Part shown: one piece after another, positions 10,901 to 23,802 of the stretch
Layout: every line of letters begins with the position of its first letter
How positions within the stretch are numbered: position 1 is the stretch's first letter
Source of the DNA: Chiloscyllium plagiosum
Taxonomy: Eukaryota
Assembly (NCBI RefSeq): GCF_004010195.1
Contig: NC_057719.1
Span: forward strand, 87,195,317-87,259,316
Length of the DNA stretch: 64,000 nt
Reading direction: 5' to 3'
Made by a program: the position numbers and the translations under genes
The notes under the pieces: model-generated
What the model saw: the letters and a program-made list of their open reading frames with translations, nothing else
Told to the model about the DNA's origin: nothing
Databases searched by the model: none

Positions 10901-13900
10901 ACAGTGCAGCACTCCCTCAGTATTTACCCTCCAACAGTGCAGCACTCCCTCAGTACTGACCCTCCAACAGGACAAGCATAGTCTCAGAACCATCCCTCTG
11001 ACTGTGCAGTGCTCCCTCAGTACTGACCCTCCGACAGTGCGGCACTCCCTCAGTACTGACACTCTGACAGTGCGGCACTCCCTCAGCACTGATACTCTGA
11101 CAGTGCAGCACTCCCTCAGTACTGACCCTCCAACAGGACANNNNNNNNNNNNNNNNNNNNNNNNNNNNNNNNNNNNNNNNNNNNNNNNNNNNNNNNNNNN
11201 NNNNNNNNNNNNNNNNNNNNNNNNNNNNNNNNNNNNNNNNCGCTCCCTCAGTCCTGACCCTCTGACAGTACAGCACTCTTTCAGTGCTGTCATTCTCACA
11301 GTGCTGAAATCAATCATTCCTGACCATCCAACAGAGTAGCATATGCTCATTTTAGAACCCCTGAGAGTGCAGCACATCTTCAGTGCTGACCCTCTGAAAA
11401 TGCAGCACTCCATCAGTACTGACCCTTCAATAGTGCAGTGCACTGATCCTATTACAGTGCAGCACCCCCTCAGTACTGACCCACCAACAGTGCAGCACTC
11501 CCTCAGTACTGACCCTTCAACAGTGTTGCACTCTCTCACGACTGAACCTCCAATGTGCAGCATTCCTTCAGTACAGAAACGGTTGCAGTGCAGCACCTGC
11601 TTAGCACTGATGCTCTAACAGTGCAGACCTCCTTCAGTGCTAACCCTCTGAAAGTGCAGCAATCCCTCAGTATCAACTCTTCGACCGTGCAGCACTCTCT
11701 CATTACTGACCCTCTGACAATGCCTCACTGCCTCAGTACTGACCCTCCAACACTGCAGCACTACTTCAGTACTGACCCTCTAACAGTACTCCCTCAGTAC
11801 TGATCCTTTGACAGTAGAGTGCACATTCAGGACTGAGCTTCTGGCAGTGTCACGCTCCCTCAGTCCTGACCCTCTGACAGTACAGCACTCTTTCAGTGCT
11901 GTCATTCTCACAGTGCTGAAATCAATCATTCCTGACCATCCAACAGAGTAGCATATGCTCATTTTAGAACCCCTGAGAGTGCAGCACATCTTCAGTGCTG
12001 ACCCTCTGAAAATGCAGCACTCCATCAGTACTGACCCTTCAATAGTGCAGTGCACTGATCCTATTACAGTGCAGCACCCCCTCAGTACTGACCCACCAAC
12101 AGTGCAGCACTCCCTCAGTATTGACCCTCCAACAGTGCAGCACTCCCTCAGTATTGACCCTCCAACGGTGCAGCACTCCCTCTGTACTGACCCTCCAACA
12201 GTGCAGCACTCCCTCTGTACTGACCCTCCAACAGTGCAGCATTCCCTCAGTATTGACCCTCCAACAGTGCAGCATACACTCAGTACTGACTTTCTCACAG
12301 TGCAGAGCTCCTTCAGTACTGGCCCTGTGACCATGCAGCACACCCTCAGTACTGACCCACCTGACATTGCAGCACTCCTTAAGTATTGACCCTCTAACAG
12401 TGTGCAGTACTCCCTTAGCACTGACGCTCCAACAGTGCAGAACTCCTTTATTACTGACCCTCTGAAAGTGCAGCACTCCCTCACTACTAATTCTTTGAAG
12501 TGCTGCACACCCTCAGTACTGACCATCTGACAGTTAGCACTCTCTTAGTATTGACCTCCAAAATGCATTGCTCCCTCAGTACTGACCCTCTGACTGTTCA
12601 GCACTGTCTCAATACTGAACCACTGACTGTGCAGCACTCCCTCAGTACTGAACCTCCGACAGTGCAGTGCACATTCTGTACTACCACTTCCACAGTGCAG
12701 CACTCCCTCAGCGCTAAACCATCGACAGTGCAGCACTCCCTCATTACTGACTCTCCAAAAGTGCAGCACTCCCTCGGTACATCACTCCTTCAGTACTGAG
12801 CCTCTGACAGTGCAGCACTCCCTCACTACTGACCCTCTGACAGTGAAACACTCTCTCAGTACACAGTGCAACACTCCCTCTGGATATACCCCTTGACAAT
12901 GTAGTATACTCTCAATACTGACCCTCCAACAGTACAGCACACCCTCAGCCCTAACCCTTTGACAGTGCAGCACTCCCTCAGTACTGATCCTCCAACAGTG
13001 CAGCACTCCCTCAGTTCTGATCCTCCAACAGTGCAGCACTCCCTCAGTCCTGACCCTCCAAAATGCGGCACTCCCTCAATACTGACCCTCCAACAGGGCA
13101 GCATTGTCTCAGAACCATCCCTCTGACAGTGCAGTGCTCCCTCAGTACTGACCCTCTGACAGTGCAGCACTCCCTCAGTACTGACCTTTCGACAGTGCAG
13201 CACTCCCTCTGTACTGACCCTTTGACAGTGCAACACTCCCTCTTGACAGACCCTTTGACAGTTCAGCATACCCTCAGTACTGACCCTCTGAATGTGCAGC
13301 ACTCCCTCAGTACTAACCCTTTGACACTGTAACACTCCCTCTTGACAGACCCCCTGACAGTGCAGCATTGTCTCAGTACTGACAGAATGTGGAGGAGCTG
13401 TGTTGGACTGGGGTGGACAAAGTTAACAACTCAGTACTGACACTCCAACACTCCTCATTACTGACTCTCTGAAAGTGCTGCACCTCCTCAGCACTGACCT
13501 TTCAAAAGTGCAGCAATCCCTCAGTACTGATTTTCTCACATTGCAGCATTCCCTCAGTACTGACCCTTCGACAGTGCAGAGCTCCCTCTTGATAGACCCC
13601 TGATTTTCTTACAGTGCAGTACTCTCTCAGCACTGATGTTCTAACATTGCAGCACTCCCTCAGTACTGAGCCTCAGACAGCGCACTGCTCCCTCAATACT
13701 GACTCTTTGATAATATAGCACTCCCTCAGTACTGAGCTTCTGACAATGCAACATTCCCTCCATACTGAGCCTCTGACAGTGCAGCACTCCCTCAGTACTG
13801 AGCCTCTGACAGTGCAGCATTCCCTCAGTACTGACCGTCCGACAGTGCAGCACTCCCTCAGTACTGAACCTCTGACAGTGTAGCACTCTCTCAGTACTGA

Positions 13901-14045
13901 CCCTCTGACAATGCAGCACTCCCTCAGCACTGATCTTTCAAAGTGCAACCCTCCCTCAGTACTGATCCTCTGGCAGTACAGCACTCCCTCTGACAGCACA
14001 GTGCATCCTCGATGCTGACCCTCTGACAATGTAGCACTCCCTCTG
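7910..14045. repeat. About 6-kb satellite, 33-bp unit (CTGACAGTGCAGCACTCCCTCAGTACTGACCCT), DLL4 intron 9
   Basis: Tandem periodicity; explains the 11-aa-repeat ORFs. Confidence 0.95.
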
Positions 14046-14366
14046 CCCATCTCCAAGTTGGATAGACAGCATGAATGCAGGGGAGTGCCAACACTGGAGT
14101 GCTGTGTTCAAACTGGGTTGGTAAGTGAGTGCGCGCCTTAAAGGATGTTCAGTGGGAAACAGAACTGGTCAGGGAAAGTCGAATGTAAATGTAGAAAATG
14201 CGTGAGGTATAAGCAATCAACATATCAGATCTGTATGGAGAATAATGTTAAGAGCAGAATTGAGGACATTATTCACATAATGTTCGACTGAATGCATAGT
14301 GTGTGGTCAGTGGATTTTATTTAACCACCATTGCAGTGAGCTGGCTGCAGGGTGATCAAGATTGGG

Positions 14367-14482
14367 GAGAAAGTGAGGTCTGCAGATGCTGGAGATCAAA
14401 GTTGAAACTTTATTGCTGGAACAGCACAGCAGGTCAGGCAGCATCCAGGGTACAGGAGATTCGACGTTTCGGGCACAGGCAG
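14367..14482 (-). mobile_element. Family A PLE-derived element, single arm
   Basis: Same terminal sequence as the 39095 copy; 13-bp TSD GATCAAGATTGGG at 14354-14366 and 14483-14495. Confidence 0.75.
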
Positions 14483-15046
14483 GATCAAGATTGGGAACTA
14501 ATTGTCCAACAATGCTCAACATTTAGGAGGGATGTCGACAAAGAAAAAGAGGTGGGACCGTTAGCTTACCAAGTGTTGATGTAATTATATCAGTGAGAGA
14601 GGACTTTAGGTCAAAGGAGCAGTTTGGGTAGAACTAAGAACCAGCAAGGGACAGCTAACCTCGGTGGGAGTTGTGCACAGGCCATCAAACAGTCATGGTC
14701 ACACTGGGGTCATGGTCACACTGGGGTCATGGTCACACTGGGGTCATGGTCACACTGGGGATATATTAACTCAAGAAATTAGAGCTGCATGTGACATGGG
14801 TAATACAGTAACAATGGGCAATTTCAACTTAGCCACAGATTGGATGAACCAAGTCTGCATTAATAACTTCCTGGAGGAGTGCAAGACATGTTTCTGGAGA
14901 TGTACATTGAGGAACAGCTAGGAATTGGTCTATTTTTGGTTTAAGTGCTTTGTCATGAGAAAATGCTAATTGATAACCTTGCTGTAAGGGAATCCGGCAA
15001 ATGGTGACCTCGACAGAATCTCACATTAGGTTTGAATGTACTATGG

Positions 15047-15213
15047 TTGAGAGTATGGTGCTGGAAAAGCACAGCAGGTCAGGCAGCATTCCAGGAGCAG
15101 GAAAATCGACATTTCGGGCAAAAACCCTTCATCAGGCTTCCTGACCTGCTGTACTTTTCCAGCACTACACTCTCGATTCTAATCTCCAGCATCTGCAGAA
15201 TTCACTTTTTCCT
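15047..15213 (+). mobile_element. Family A PLE-derived palindromic element with a hammerhead core on the minus strand (15135-15105)
   Basis: Inverted arms; minus strand CTGATGA-AGGGTTTTTGCCC-GAAAT-GTC; degenerate flanking duplication. Confidence 0.7.
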
Positions 15214-15255
15214 TGAAAGTAATATGGTTAATTCTGAATGTAAGATCTTACACCG

Positions 15256-15517
15256 GACGGCATGGTGGCTCAGTGGTTAGCACTGCTGCCTCACAGCACC
15301 AGGTTCGATTCCAGCCTCGGGCAACTGTCTGTGTGGAGTTTGCACATTCTCCCCATGTCTGCATGGGTTTCCTCCGGGTGCTCCGGTTTCCTCCCACAGT
15401 TAGGTGAATTGGCCAAGCTAAATTGCCCCATAGTATTAGTTGCATTAGTCAGAGGGAAATGTGTCTGGGTGGGTTACTCTTCGGAGGGTCGGTATGGACT
15501 TGTTGGGAATCTAATCT
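15256..15517 (+). mobile_element. HE1-type V-SINE
   Basis: Same head, V-domain and tail as the other copies. Confidence 0.78.
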
Positions 15518-17244
15518 GAAATTATGAATGCATGAGGGATAAACTGGCCATGGTGGATGGGGAAAAAGACACAAAGATTTGACGCTAGAGAGGTTAGTAT
15601 TAAAAGAATACTACACAGATATAGAGATTCTCGAGTAGGCAGGTCTGGTAGTGAGAGGGGTTTGGCTCATGGCCTTATCCAACCCTTCCTTGATTTGGGA
15701 GTTGGGGGCAGCTACAGCTGTCAGTGACCAGGTTTCCTCTGTAAAGCTGGATAATGGCTGGATAGATGGCAGACAGAGAGCTATAAAGAGCTCATAAAAT
15801 TGGGAACTACTGCTCGAAGGCACAAACACTCAGAAGGAAATGTAAGCCAACAAAAGAAAATAAAGATTGCAACAGATCAAAGGAAGTGGCTTAGAAAGTT
15901 GTCAGAAAAACTGGTTAGCCTGAGGATCAGGAATAATTTAGAACTCAGCAAGAGAGGACCAAGAAACTATTAAGAAACACAGAAATGTATATGAATGCAA
16001 ACTAGTAAGGAATATAAAGGTGGACTGTAAAAGCTTCTTTAGATAGCTGAAGAGAAAACAAGATTAATTAGGAACAGTGTAGGCCTGGAGAAATTAAAAG
16101 GTTTCTTTTCACCTGTCTTCATAGAAGGTGTTTGAGAAAATCTCAAAAATAGTAGGCAACCAAGGGTCTTGTGAAAAAGACAAACTGAAAGAAATTAGTA
16201 AAGAGGGTGTACTTGAGAAGTTAACTGGATTGAAGACTGATAAGTGCCTTGGCCCAGATCAGAGCATTCAAGGAAGGTGGCTAGAGAGATAGTGGCTATC
16301 TTTCAAAATTCTATCATCTCTAGGTAGGTTCCTGCAGACCAGAAATTAGTAAATGTAACCTTGCTATTTAACAGGGAAAGTGGACACAGGATAACAGACC
16401 AGTAGCTTGACATCAGTAGGAAGGAAAATGTGAGAATCCATTTTGAAGGTTGTGATTCGAAAACACTGGTAAAGCTGGACAGAGTGGACATCAAGTTATG
16501 AAAGGGAAATCATATCTCAGAAACGTGTGGAGTTGTGTGAGAAAATTACTTGATAGAGGAGAACCAGTATCTGTACTGCATTTGGATTTTTAGCTTTTGA
16601 TAAAGCTCTACAGAGGAGGATAATAAATAAAGTGACAGCGCAGGGGATGGGGGGGAGTTGTGTGAGTATGGACTATGAATTGGTTCACAAGCAGAAAACG
16701 GAAAATGGGTTAGATTACAGTCACATTGACTTGTGTATGGGACACCCCCCCCCCTTCCCTCAGTCAGACCCCTGGTTCAAGCCCCTCAGTAGCCCCCCAG
16801 ACCCTGTGCAGCCTGAGGTACAGGTACTCGACTTTAGAGAGCTGGGGCCTCAACCTGGGTTAATTCCCAGGCCACTGTTGAACTCAGAGTGAGATTAGTG
16901 CCACAGACCCATGTCTCTTTCCCTGCGCTTACCTCAAGAAACTGTCATTTCCCTCGCAGCCTCTCCACACTCATTCCCATTCCATAGTCTGCTTCCTCCT
17001 CTCCCCAACCTCCCTCGCAGTCCTCTTCCATATCATCCCTCCGCTGTGTCCACACCCTCTGCTACTTCACTTTCTGGCTCTCTCTTCATTAGGCCTTGTC
17101 ATGAGACCAGCCCAAGTTAATTTAGAGACCCACTGGGTTCTTTAGAGTGAACACAACAGCAGGCAGCGTCAATTCAGTTATCCTACCCTCAACTCCAACA
17201 AGTCACACTTAGTTTCCCCATGCTGAGTGGGATCTAGGATAACT

Positions 17245-17455
17245 GCGGGCATCATCCTGGATCTCCATGACAACAGACAGCATCATCCTGGATCTCCATG
17301 ACGACTGGGACAATCGTCCTAGATCTCCACGATGGCAAGCAGCATGGTCCTGGATCTCCATAACGACAGGAAGCATCGTACAGGATCTCCTTGACAACAG
17401 GCAACATCATCTAGGATCTCCACGATGACAGGGAGCATCGTTCAGGATTGCAACA
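17245..17455. repeat. Degenerate 31-bp tandem repeat
   Basis: GGATCTCC recurs every 31 bp. Confidence 0.8.
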
Positions 17456-19172
17456 GCAACAGTAAGTGCTGCCTGCAGTTTCCATGACGACACTGAATCC
17501 TGGTTGATATGACCTGCTGGTGAAGGAGGAGCTTGTATTTAACACAAAGTGTTTGTTGTTGTGACAGTGTCCTGCTCGATCTCCGATAAAGCCGTGTCTT
17601 TTACAAGACATTTAATAGGCTTGACGTACTGCGAGTCTAATGTTACAGACAGCTAGTCAGGAGGAGCTGCAGGTTCAGTCCTCTGGATATTCAATAAGGA
17701 GGAAGCAGACTGCTGAACAGTTCTGTTTTAGCAGAGACACCCCACTGACAACAAATGGGATAAGCAAACCATGGTTAACCAGTGAAGTTAAAGATAGCAT
17801 TAAATTAAAACAAAAAAAATACAATGTGGGCAACATTAAGTGGTAAGCCAAAGGACTGGGAAAGTTTAAAAAACCAGCAAAGGACAACCAAACAATTATA
17901 AAGAAGGAGAAGATAAATTTTGCAGGCAAACTTGCAAGTAATATCAAGATGGACATCAAGAGCTTTTTTAAATATATGAAAGGGAAGAGAGAAGCCAAGG
18001 TGAACAAACCTTGTGGAGAACAGGGCAGGGGAAATAATAATAGGGAACCAGGAAGGGGCAGGGGAGTTGAATAAATACTTTGCATTAGTATTTACAGTAG
18101 AAGATCCCAATAGCATTCCAAAAATACTAAACATTTAAGGTGCAAAAGGAGGAGGGGAAATAAATATAATAATTGTCACTAGTGAAAAAGTGCTAGGAAC
18201 TAAAAACTGATAGTATGACTCCTGAATCTGATGGGATGCATCCCTGCGTATTAAAGGAAGTCACTGCAGAGATAGTGGATGCACTGGTAAATATCTTCCA
18301 GGAATCCTTAGATTCTGGAAAAGTCCTAAAGGATTGGAAACCTGCCAATGGAACACCTTTATTTAAAAGGGGAAGGAGTCAGAAAAGAAAATAACTTTAC
18401 ATTTAGTGTTGGTTATTGTTAACGTCTATCATAAAGGATGTAATAGCAGAGTATTTAGAATTACATGATATGAGTCGGTATAGAAGGGGAAATTGCACTT
18501 GACAAATTTACTTGGAGCAGGGGAAACGGATAAAGGGGAAACGGATTTTCAGAAGACGTTTGATAAGGTACCACACATTAGGCTACTCGTTATGATAAGA
18601 AGCTATGGTGTTGAAGGTTGTGCATTAGCGTGGATAGAGGCTGGTCTAATGAATAGAAGACAGAATTGGCATAAGACCCTTTTTTTCAGGATGGCAACCT
18701 ATGACTGGTGGAGTGCTACAGGGATCAGTGCTGGGGCCACAGTTAGTTTGGGCAGGTAAGAACATATGAACATATGGTTCAGCCTGCTCAACCATTCAAT
18801 AAGATCACAGTTAATGGTCTGTTTGCGTTTCGAATTCTACATTCCCATTTGTATATTCCCAGTCCACACATAGCCTCCCTCACCACCCCCATCACACCCC
18901 ACATACTGTTCAACCTTCACTCACACTCCCCTCCCCTAACCTAACAGCCCTCATGGCCTGCGCCTACAGGGGGTTAATGTCCTGAGTCATTAACTCAGTC
19001 AGACCACGGTTCCTTCAGGCTCTTCTTGTCTCTGTGTAAAGACACAAGGTCTGAGAAGTCTCAGTTTGTTTTGACCCAATCACTAGACTTCACTAGGCCC
19101 CAATTCTTGCCTTATGGCTTTTGGGTTGTCAAATGTTTAACTTAAAGAGCTAGCAGAATGAAGAAGTCTTAC

Positions 19173-19896
19173 CACGGGTTTCTGAGGGGCAAACTTTCCT
19201 CTTTTCTGTGGTTTTTATGGCATTTCAGGTCTTGAGTCAGATCAGGCTTGAGGCCTGCAGCTAAATTCCAATCCAGGGCAAAGTTCCTGTCTTTGTAGTT
19301 GGTCTTCTCTACGATGCAGTCAGAATCCAAGTCCACCTTCTTGTTAGTGAGCTTGAGCTGCGATTCCACGATCAGGTTGTCCCGCTGGGACTCAGTTAGG
19401 TTGTTCATTGTCTCTGTGTCGTGGCGCTGCCCCCCGCCGGGCCTCTGCACGTGCCTCAAGGCAATGGCCAGGACGCACAGCAGCATGACGAAAGCCATCA
19501 GTCCAAAGGCCAGGGACACAGCGACCCAGGGGAAGGGGCTGGGGGGCTGCTGCTGTTTCTGCAATGGGACAGAGAAGACGGGAATCTCGCAGAGGGACCC
19601 CATGAAGTTGACGGGGCACTGACACACGAAGGTTTGACCGTACACGCCAGCGTGGCACGTCCCACCATTGTGGCAAGGCATGGAGTCACACTCGCTGCCC
19701 AGCGGCTGGTCACAGTCCCGGCCTGAGAAGCCAGCGACACACAGGCACGTGTAGTTGTTGATCTGGTCAACGCAGGTGGCCCCGTTGGCACATGGGCTTC
19801 TGGCGCAGTCGTTCACGTTGATCTCACACCTTTGCCCAGCAAAGCCGGCCTGACAGCGGCACATTCTCGAGAACCCCAGGTCGAAGCATTGGCCTC
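19173..19896 (-). CDS. DLL4: DLL4 exon 9 (EGF6-EGF8, transmembrane helix, proximal intracellular domain)
   Basis: EGF repeats, TM segment FPWVAVSLAFGLMAFVMLLCVLAIAL and MNNLTESQRDNLI (DLL4-type); 724 nt; cag|GA acceptor, TG|gtaaga donor. Confidence 0.96.
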
Positions 19897-20994
19897 CTGC
19901 AGGGAGGGGGGAGGGAGGGGAACAGGATTAACAGTAGGTCAACAAAGGGCAGCTCTCAAGCTGAGATACAACCTAGGCTTTACTGGCAATTCTCAGATCC
20001 AACAAGCAAAGCGCAGGCCCCGCTGGCAATTCATGGGCCTGAGCGGTGATTTGTAGGCCCCACCAGTGACTCACAGGCCCCATCAAAAATTCACTGGCCT
20101 CACTGGTGATTTGTAGGCCCCACCAGTGACTCACAGGCCCCACCGGCATTTCACAGGTCTCACTGGTGATGCAGAGGTTGGGAAGGCACTATCTGTAGCC
20201 TGTACCAACCACAAAGCTGAACAAATTTCCCTGAGAAGCCAGCTGAGCATTTGCTACACAGACACCATCATATACACTATTCTACCCTAGGCCCAGGCCC
20301 AGCGATCAATTAAAACAGAGATAAAGATTTAAAAACAAGTGACATCGCCAATGGTATCCCAAAGTAACAAGATGAACCAAACGAAAATGGATTCACCTCC
20401 CACACTTCCATTCCCATACCCATCCTGTCCAAAATCAAACTCTGTTGTGCCATCAAGTCAACTATCTCCCTGTCTGCAAACCTTCAAGTCTGGGTATCTT
20501 TCCTGAATAGTCTTAATTACCTGCAAAGATTTCCTAAAGCTTCCTCAGCTTTAAATTCTGGCAATTCAAGTCATCATGGTTGATTTTTTTGAGGAGGTGA
20601 CAAGGGTGATCAATGAGGGTAGATATTGTCCACATGGATTTTACAAAGTCCCTCATGGTAGACTCATCAGGAAGGTTAGGATACAGGGGATCCATGGCAA
20701 CTTGGCCTTTTGGATTCAGAATTGGCTTGCCAATAGAAGGCAGAGGGAAGTGGTTGAAGGGTGTTTTTCTGGCTGGAGTTTCATGAGGAGCATGTTCCAT
20801 AGAGATCCATACTTGTGGGGCCTCTGCTGATTGTGATCTATATAAATGACTTGGACCATGATCTCTTATTAAATGGTACAACAGGCTCAAGGGGTTGAAT
20901 GGCCTACTCCTGCTGCCAGTACAGATATGTGCAAAGTCAGAATGAGAATTTGTCAGAGAGCTATGGCCCAAAAGCAAATAGAATGATTAGTCTG

Positions 20995-21300
20995 GGATTT
21001 GATATAGGGTTATTGGAGGAGCGCGGGGCAGTGGGAATAGTTTAGGATTGATACAGGGCTATGGGGAGAGAGTGGGGCAATGGGAATAGTTTGGGATTGA
21101 TACAGGGCTACGGGGAGAGAGTGGAGCAATGGGAATAGTTTAGGATTGATACAGAGCAGTGGGGAGAGAGTAGGGCAGTGGGATTAGTTCAGGATTGATA
21201 CAGAACAGTGGGGAGAGAGTGGGGCAGTGGGATTAGGTTGGGATTGATACAGGGCTATGGGGAGAGAGTGGGGCAGTGGGATTAATTTGGGATTGATAAA
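20995..21300. repeat. 49-bp G-rich tandem repeat, about 6 copies
   Basis: GATTGATACAG recurs every 49 bp. Confidence 0.85.
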
Positions 21301-21447
21301 CAAAGACATAATAAAACACCAAATGGCTAAATGGCCACCCCATGTGCTAGAGGACGTTATAGTTTGATCCTAATTTCTAAATCAGTTTGTTCCACACTGA
21401 AGCAAGGAGAAACACATTAGAGATGTGGGCGAGAGGATGAGAGTTAC

Positions 21448-21667
21448 CATTTGCACACAGGTTCCTGGTGCACCAGTCCACTTTCTGTTCACAGTTTAAG
21501 CCGGTAAAGCCCAGTGGGCAGATACAGCTGTAGGGAGGGTCCTGTGATCTCTCGATGCAGGAGCCGCCATTGAAACAGGGGGACTCAGCGCAGGTGAGGG
21601 TGCTGTCCTCACAGTGTTGTCCATAGAAGCCAGGGAGGCAGGAGCACATGTACGAGTCATCCAGTTC
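21448..21667 (-). CDS. DLL4: DLL4 exon 8 (EGF4-EGF6)
   Basis: [20 protein letters not shown]...[14 protein letters not shown]...CANG; 220 nt; AG/GT bounded. Confidence 0.95.
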
Positions 21668-22169
21668 CTGCAACAAAAGCACCAAACCAAATGAGGAACA
21701 AACTAACCAAAGCCACCCTCCCTCCAGAGTCTCTCCGTCTGTCGGCAAGGGTTGACCACACCGAAGGAGGACATTCAGCCAATCGTGGCTGTGTTGTCCC
21801 TCTGCAAGAACCTCAGTTGATCCTACAGTGCTGATCGCATAGCCTTGTCATTATTTTCATCTTTCTGTTATTCATAAAATATCCTTTACAACACTACAGC
21901 TTTAAGTCCTGCCTTCCCCGTGTTGTCAGAGGGCACAGCGCTAGTTCTATAAACTCATTGTGAGAGAATGGTTTCTCCTTCCATCATCGCTGCTCCTTCT
22001 CTCCTTATGCTTACATTAAACCATGCCCACCCTGTACTCTCGGCTTTTCTGCCCCTCAGAAACAGCAGGGTGTTTCCCTCTCTGTCAATGGCCCACACAT
22101 TCCAGGTCTCCCGAATAATGTGGAGATGCTGGGAGCAGAGAAAATGCTGTTGGCGATTCTCCTCCTCTC

Positions 22170-23515
22170 CACGATGGATATCCTCTTCTCCCTGATGGAA
22201 ATTCCCCTCTCCCCAATGGATATTCCTCTCTTGGATATCCCTCTCTCCCTGATGGATATACCCCTCTTCCTGATGGATATTCCTCCTCTCCCTGATGGAT
22301 ATCTCCCTCTTCCTGATGGATATCCCTCTCTCTATGATGGATATTCTCCTCTCCCTGATGGATATCCCCTCTCTCCCTGATGGATATCCCCCTCTCCCTG
22401 ATGGATATTCCTGCTCTCCTTGATGGATATCCCCCTCTCCCTGATGGATATCTCCCTCTTCCTGATGGATATCCCCTCTCTCCCTGATGGATATCCCCTT
22501 TCTCCCTGATGGATATCCCCCTCTTTTTGATGGATATCCCCCTCTTCCTGATGGATATCCCCTCTCTCCCTGATGGATATCCCTCTCTTCCTGATGAATA
22601 TCCCCCCATCTCTCTCCCTGATGGATATCCCCCTCTCCCTGATGGATATCCCCCTCTTCCTGATGAATATCCCCCTCTTCCTGATGGATATCCCCCTCTC
22701 CCAGTGGATATCCTCCCTCTCCCTTATAGATATCCCCCTCTCCCTGATGGATATCCCCTCTCTCCCTGATGGATATTCCCTTCTTCCTGATGGATATTCC
22801 CTTCTTCCTGATGGATATCCGCTTTCTCCCTGATGGATATCCCCCTCTCCCTGATGGATATCTCACTCTTCCTAATGGATATCCCCTCTCTCCCTGATGG
22901 ATATCCCCCTCTTCCTGATGGATATCCCCTTTCTCCCTGATGGATATCCCCCTCTCTCTGATGGATATCCCCCTCTCCCTGATGGATATCCCCTTCTTCC
23001 TGATGAATATGCCCCTTATCCCTCTCCCTGATGGATATCCCCCTCTCCCGATGGGTATTCTCCCTATCCCTGATGGATATCCCCCTCTCCCTGATGGATA
23101 TCCCCTCTCTTTCTGATGGATATCCCCCTCTTCCTGATGAATATCACCCCTCTCTCTCTCCCTGATGGATATTCGCCCTCCCAGTGATGGGTATCCCCTC
23201 TCTCCCAGATGGATATTTCCCCCCTTCGATGGCCTTCACCTCCCTCAATGGATACCCCCTCTCCCCGATGGATATCCCTCCCTCTCCCTGATGGATATTC
23301 CACCTCCCCGTGACAGATATGTCCCGTCGCCCTGATGGATATTCCTGCTCCCCTTAACAGATATCCCTTCTCTACCCGATGGATATCCCCCCCCAATGGC
23401 CCTTCCCCTCCCCCGATGGATAGTTCCCTTCTGCGTGATACATACTCCCTTCCATGATGGATACTCCCCTTCTCCGCGACAGATATCCCCACTCTCCCTG
23501 ATGGATATTTCCATG
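22170..23515. repeat. Minisatellite, 21-22-bp unit (CTGATGGATATCCCCCTCTCC), DLL4 intron 7
   Basis: Tandem periodicity; GGATATCC palindrome in each unit. Confidence 0.93.
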
Positions 23516-23632
23516 CCTCACTGGGTACCCCTTTCCCCCTGCTGCCCCTTCCCCTGGTGGTGACTACCCTGCTGGGCCCTCTGAGCTATGGCTGAGGCCT
23601 GGCCTGGTCATGCTGCACTCTCTCTGTCTTAC

Positions 23633-23802
23633 CGTGCATGTTCCCCCGTTTCGGCAGGGGCTGCTGTCACATTGGCGAAGGGCCGATTGGCAGTTGGTGC
23701 CGGTGAAGCCAGGCTGGCACGTACAGGTATAGCTGCCCTGGCCAGTGTTAGTACAGGTTGCGTTGTTCAGGCAAGGCCTGTTGTGAGTGCAATAGTTCAG
23801 GT
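23633..23802 (-). CDS. DLL4: DLL4 exon 7 (EGF3 and start of EGF4)
   Basis: [35 protein letters not shown]...; 170 nt; AG/GT bounded. Confidence 0.95.

Larger units (their letters stand above)
14580..18730 (+). mobile_element. Degenerate CR1 ORF2 fragments (interrupted by SINE, PLE-derived and tandem repeats)
   Basis: GNFN...DW; KPWLT; DFQKTFDKVPH remnants. Confidence 0.6.

Noticed and set aside
7910..14045. CRISPR-like array of ~33-bp palindromic repeats, and long ORFs of 11-aa repeats (TVQHSLSTDPL)
   Set aside because: Units are head-to-tail with no unique spacers, there are no cas genes and the locus is a vertebrate intron; the ORFs arise from the 33-bp period.
19169..19864. The 231-aa ORF as a stand-alone gene
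   Set aside because: It is DLL4 exon 9 read from an internal Met through the splice donor.
21955..22866. 303-aa repetitive ORF (GDIHQGE repeats)
   Set aside because: It is a translation of the intron-7 minisatellite, open in several frames with no exon signals.
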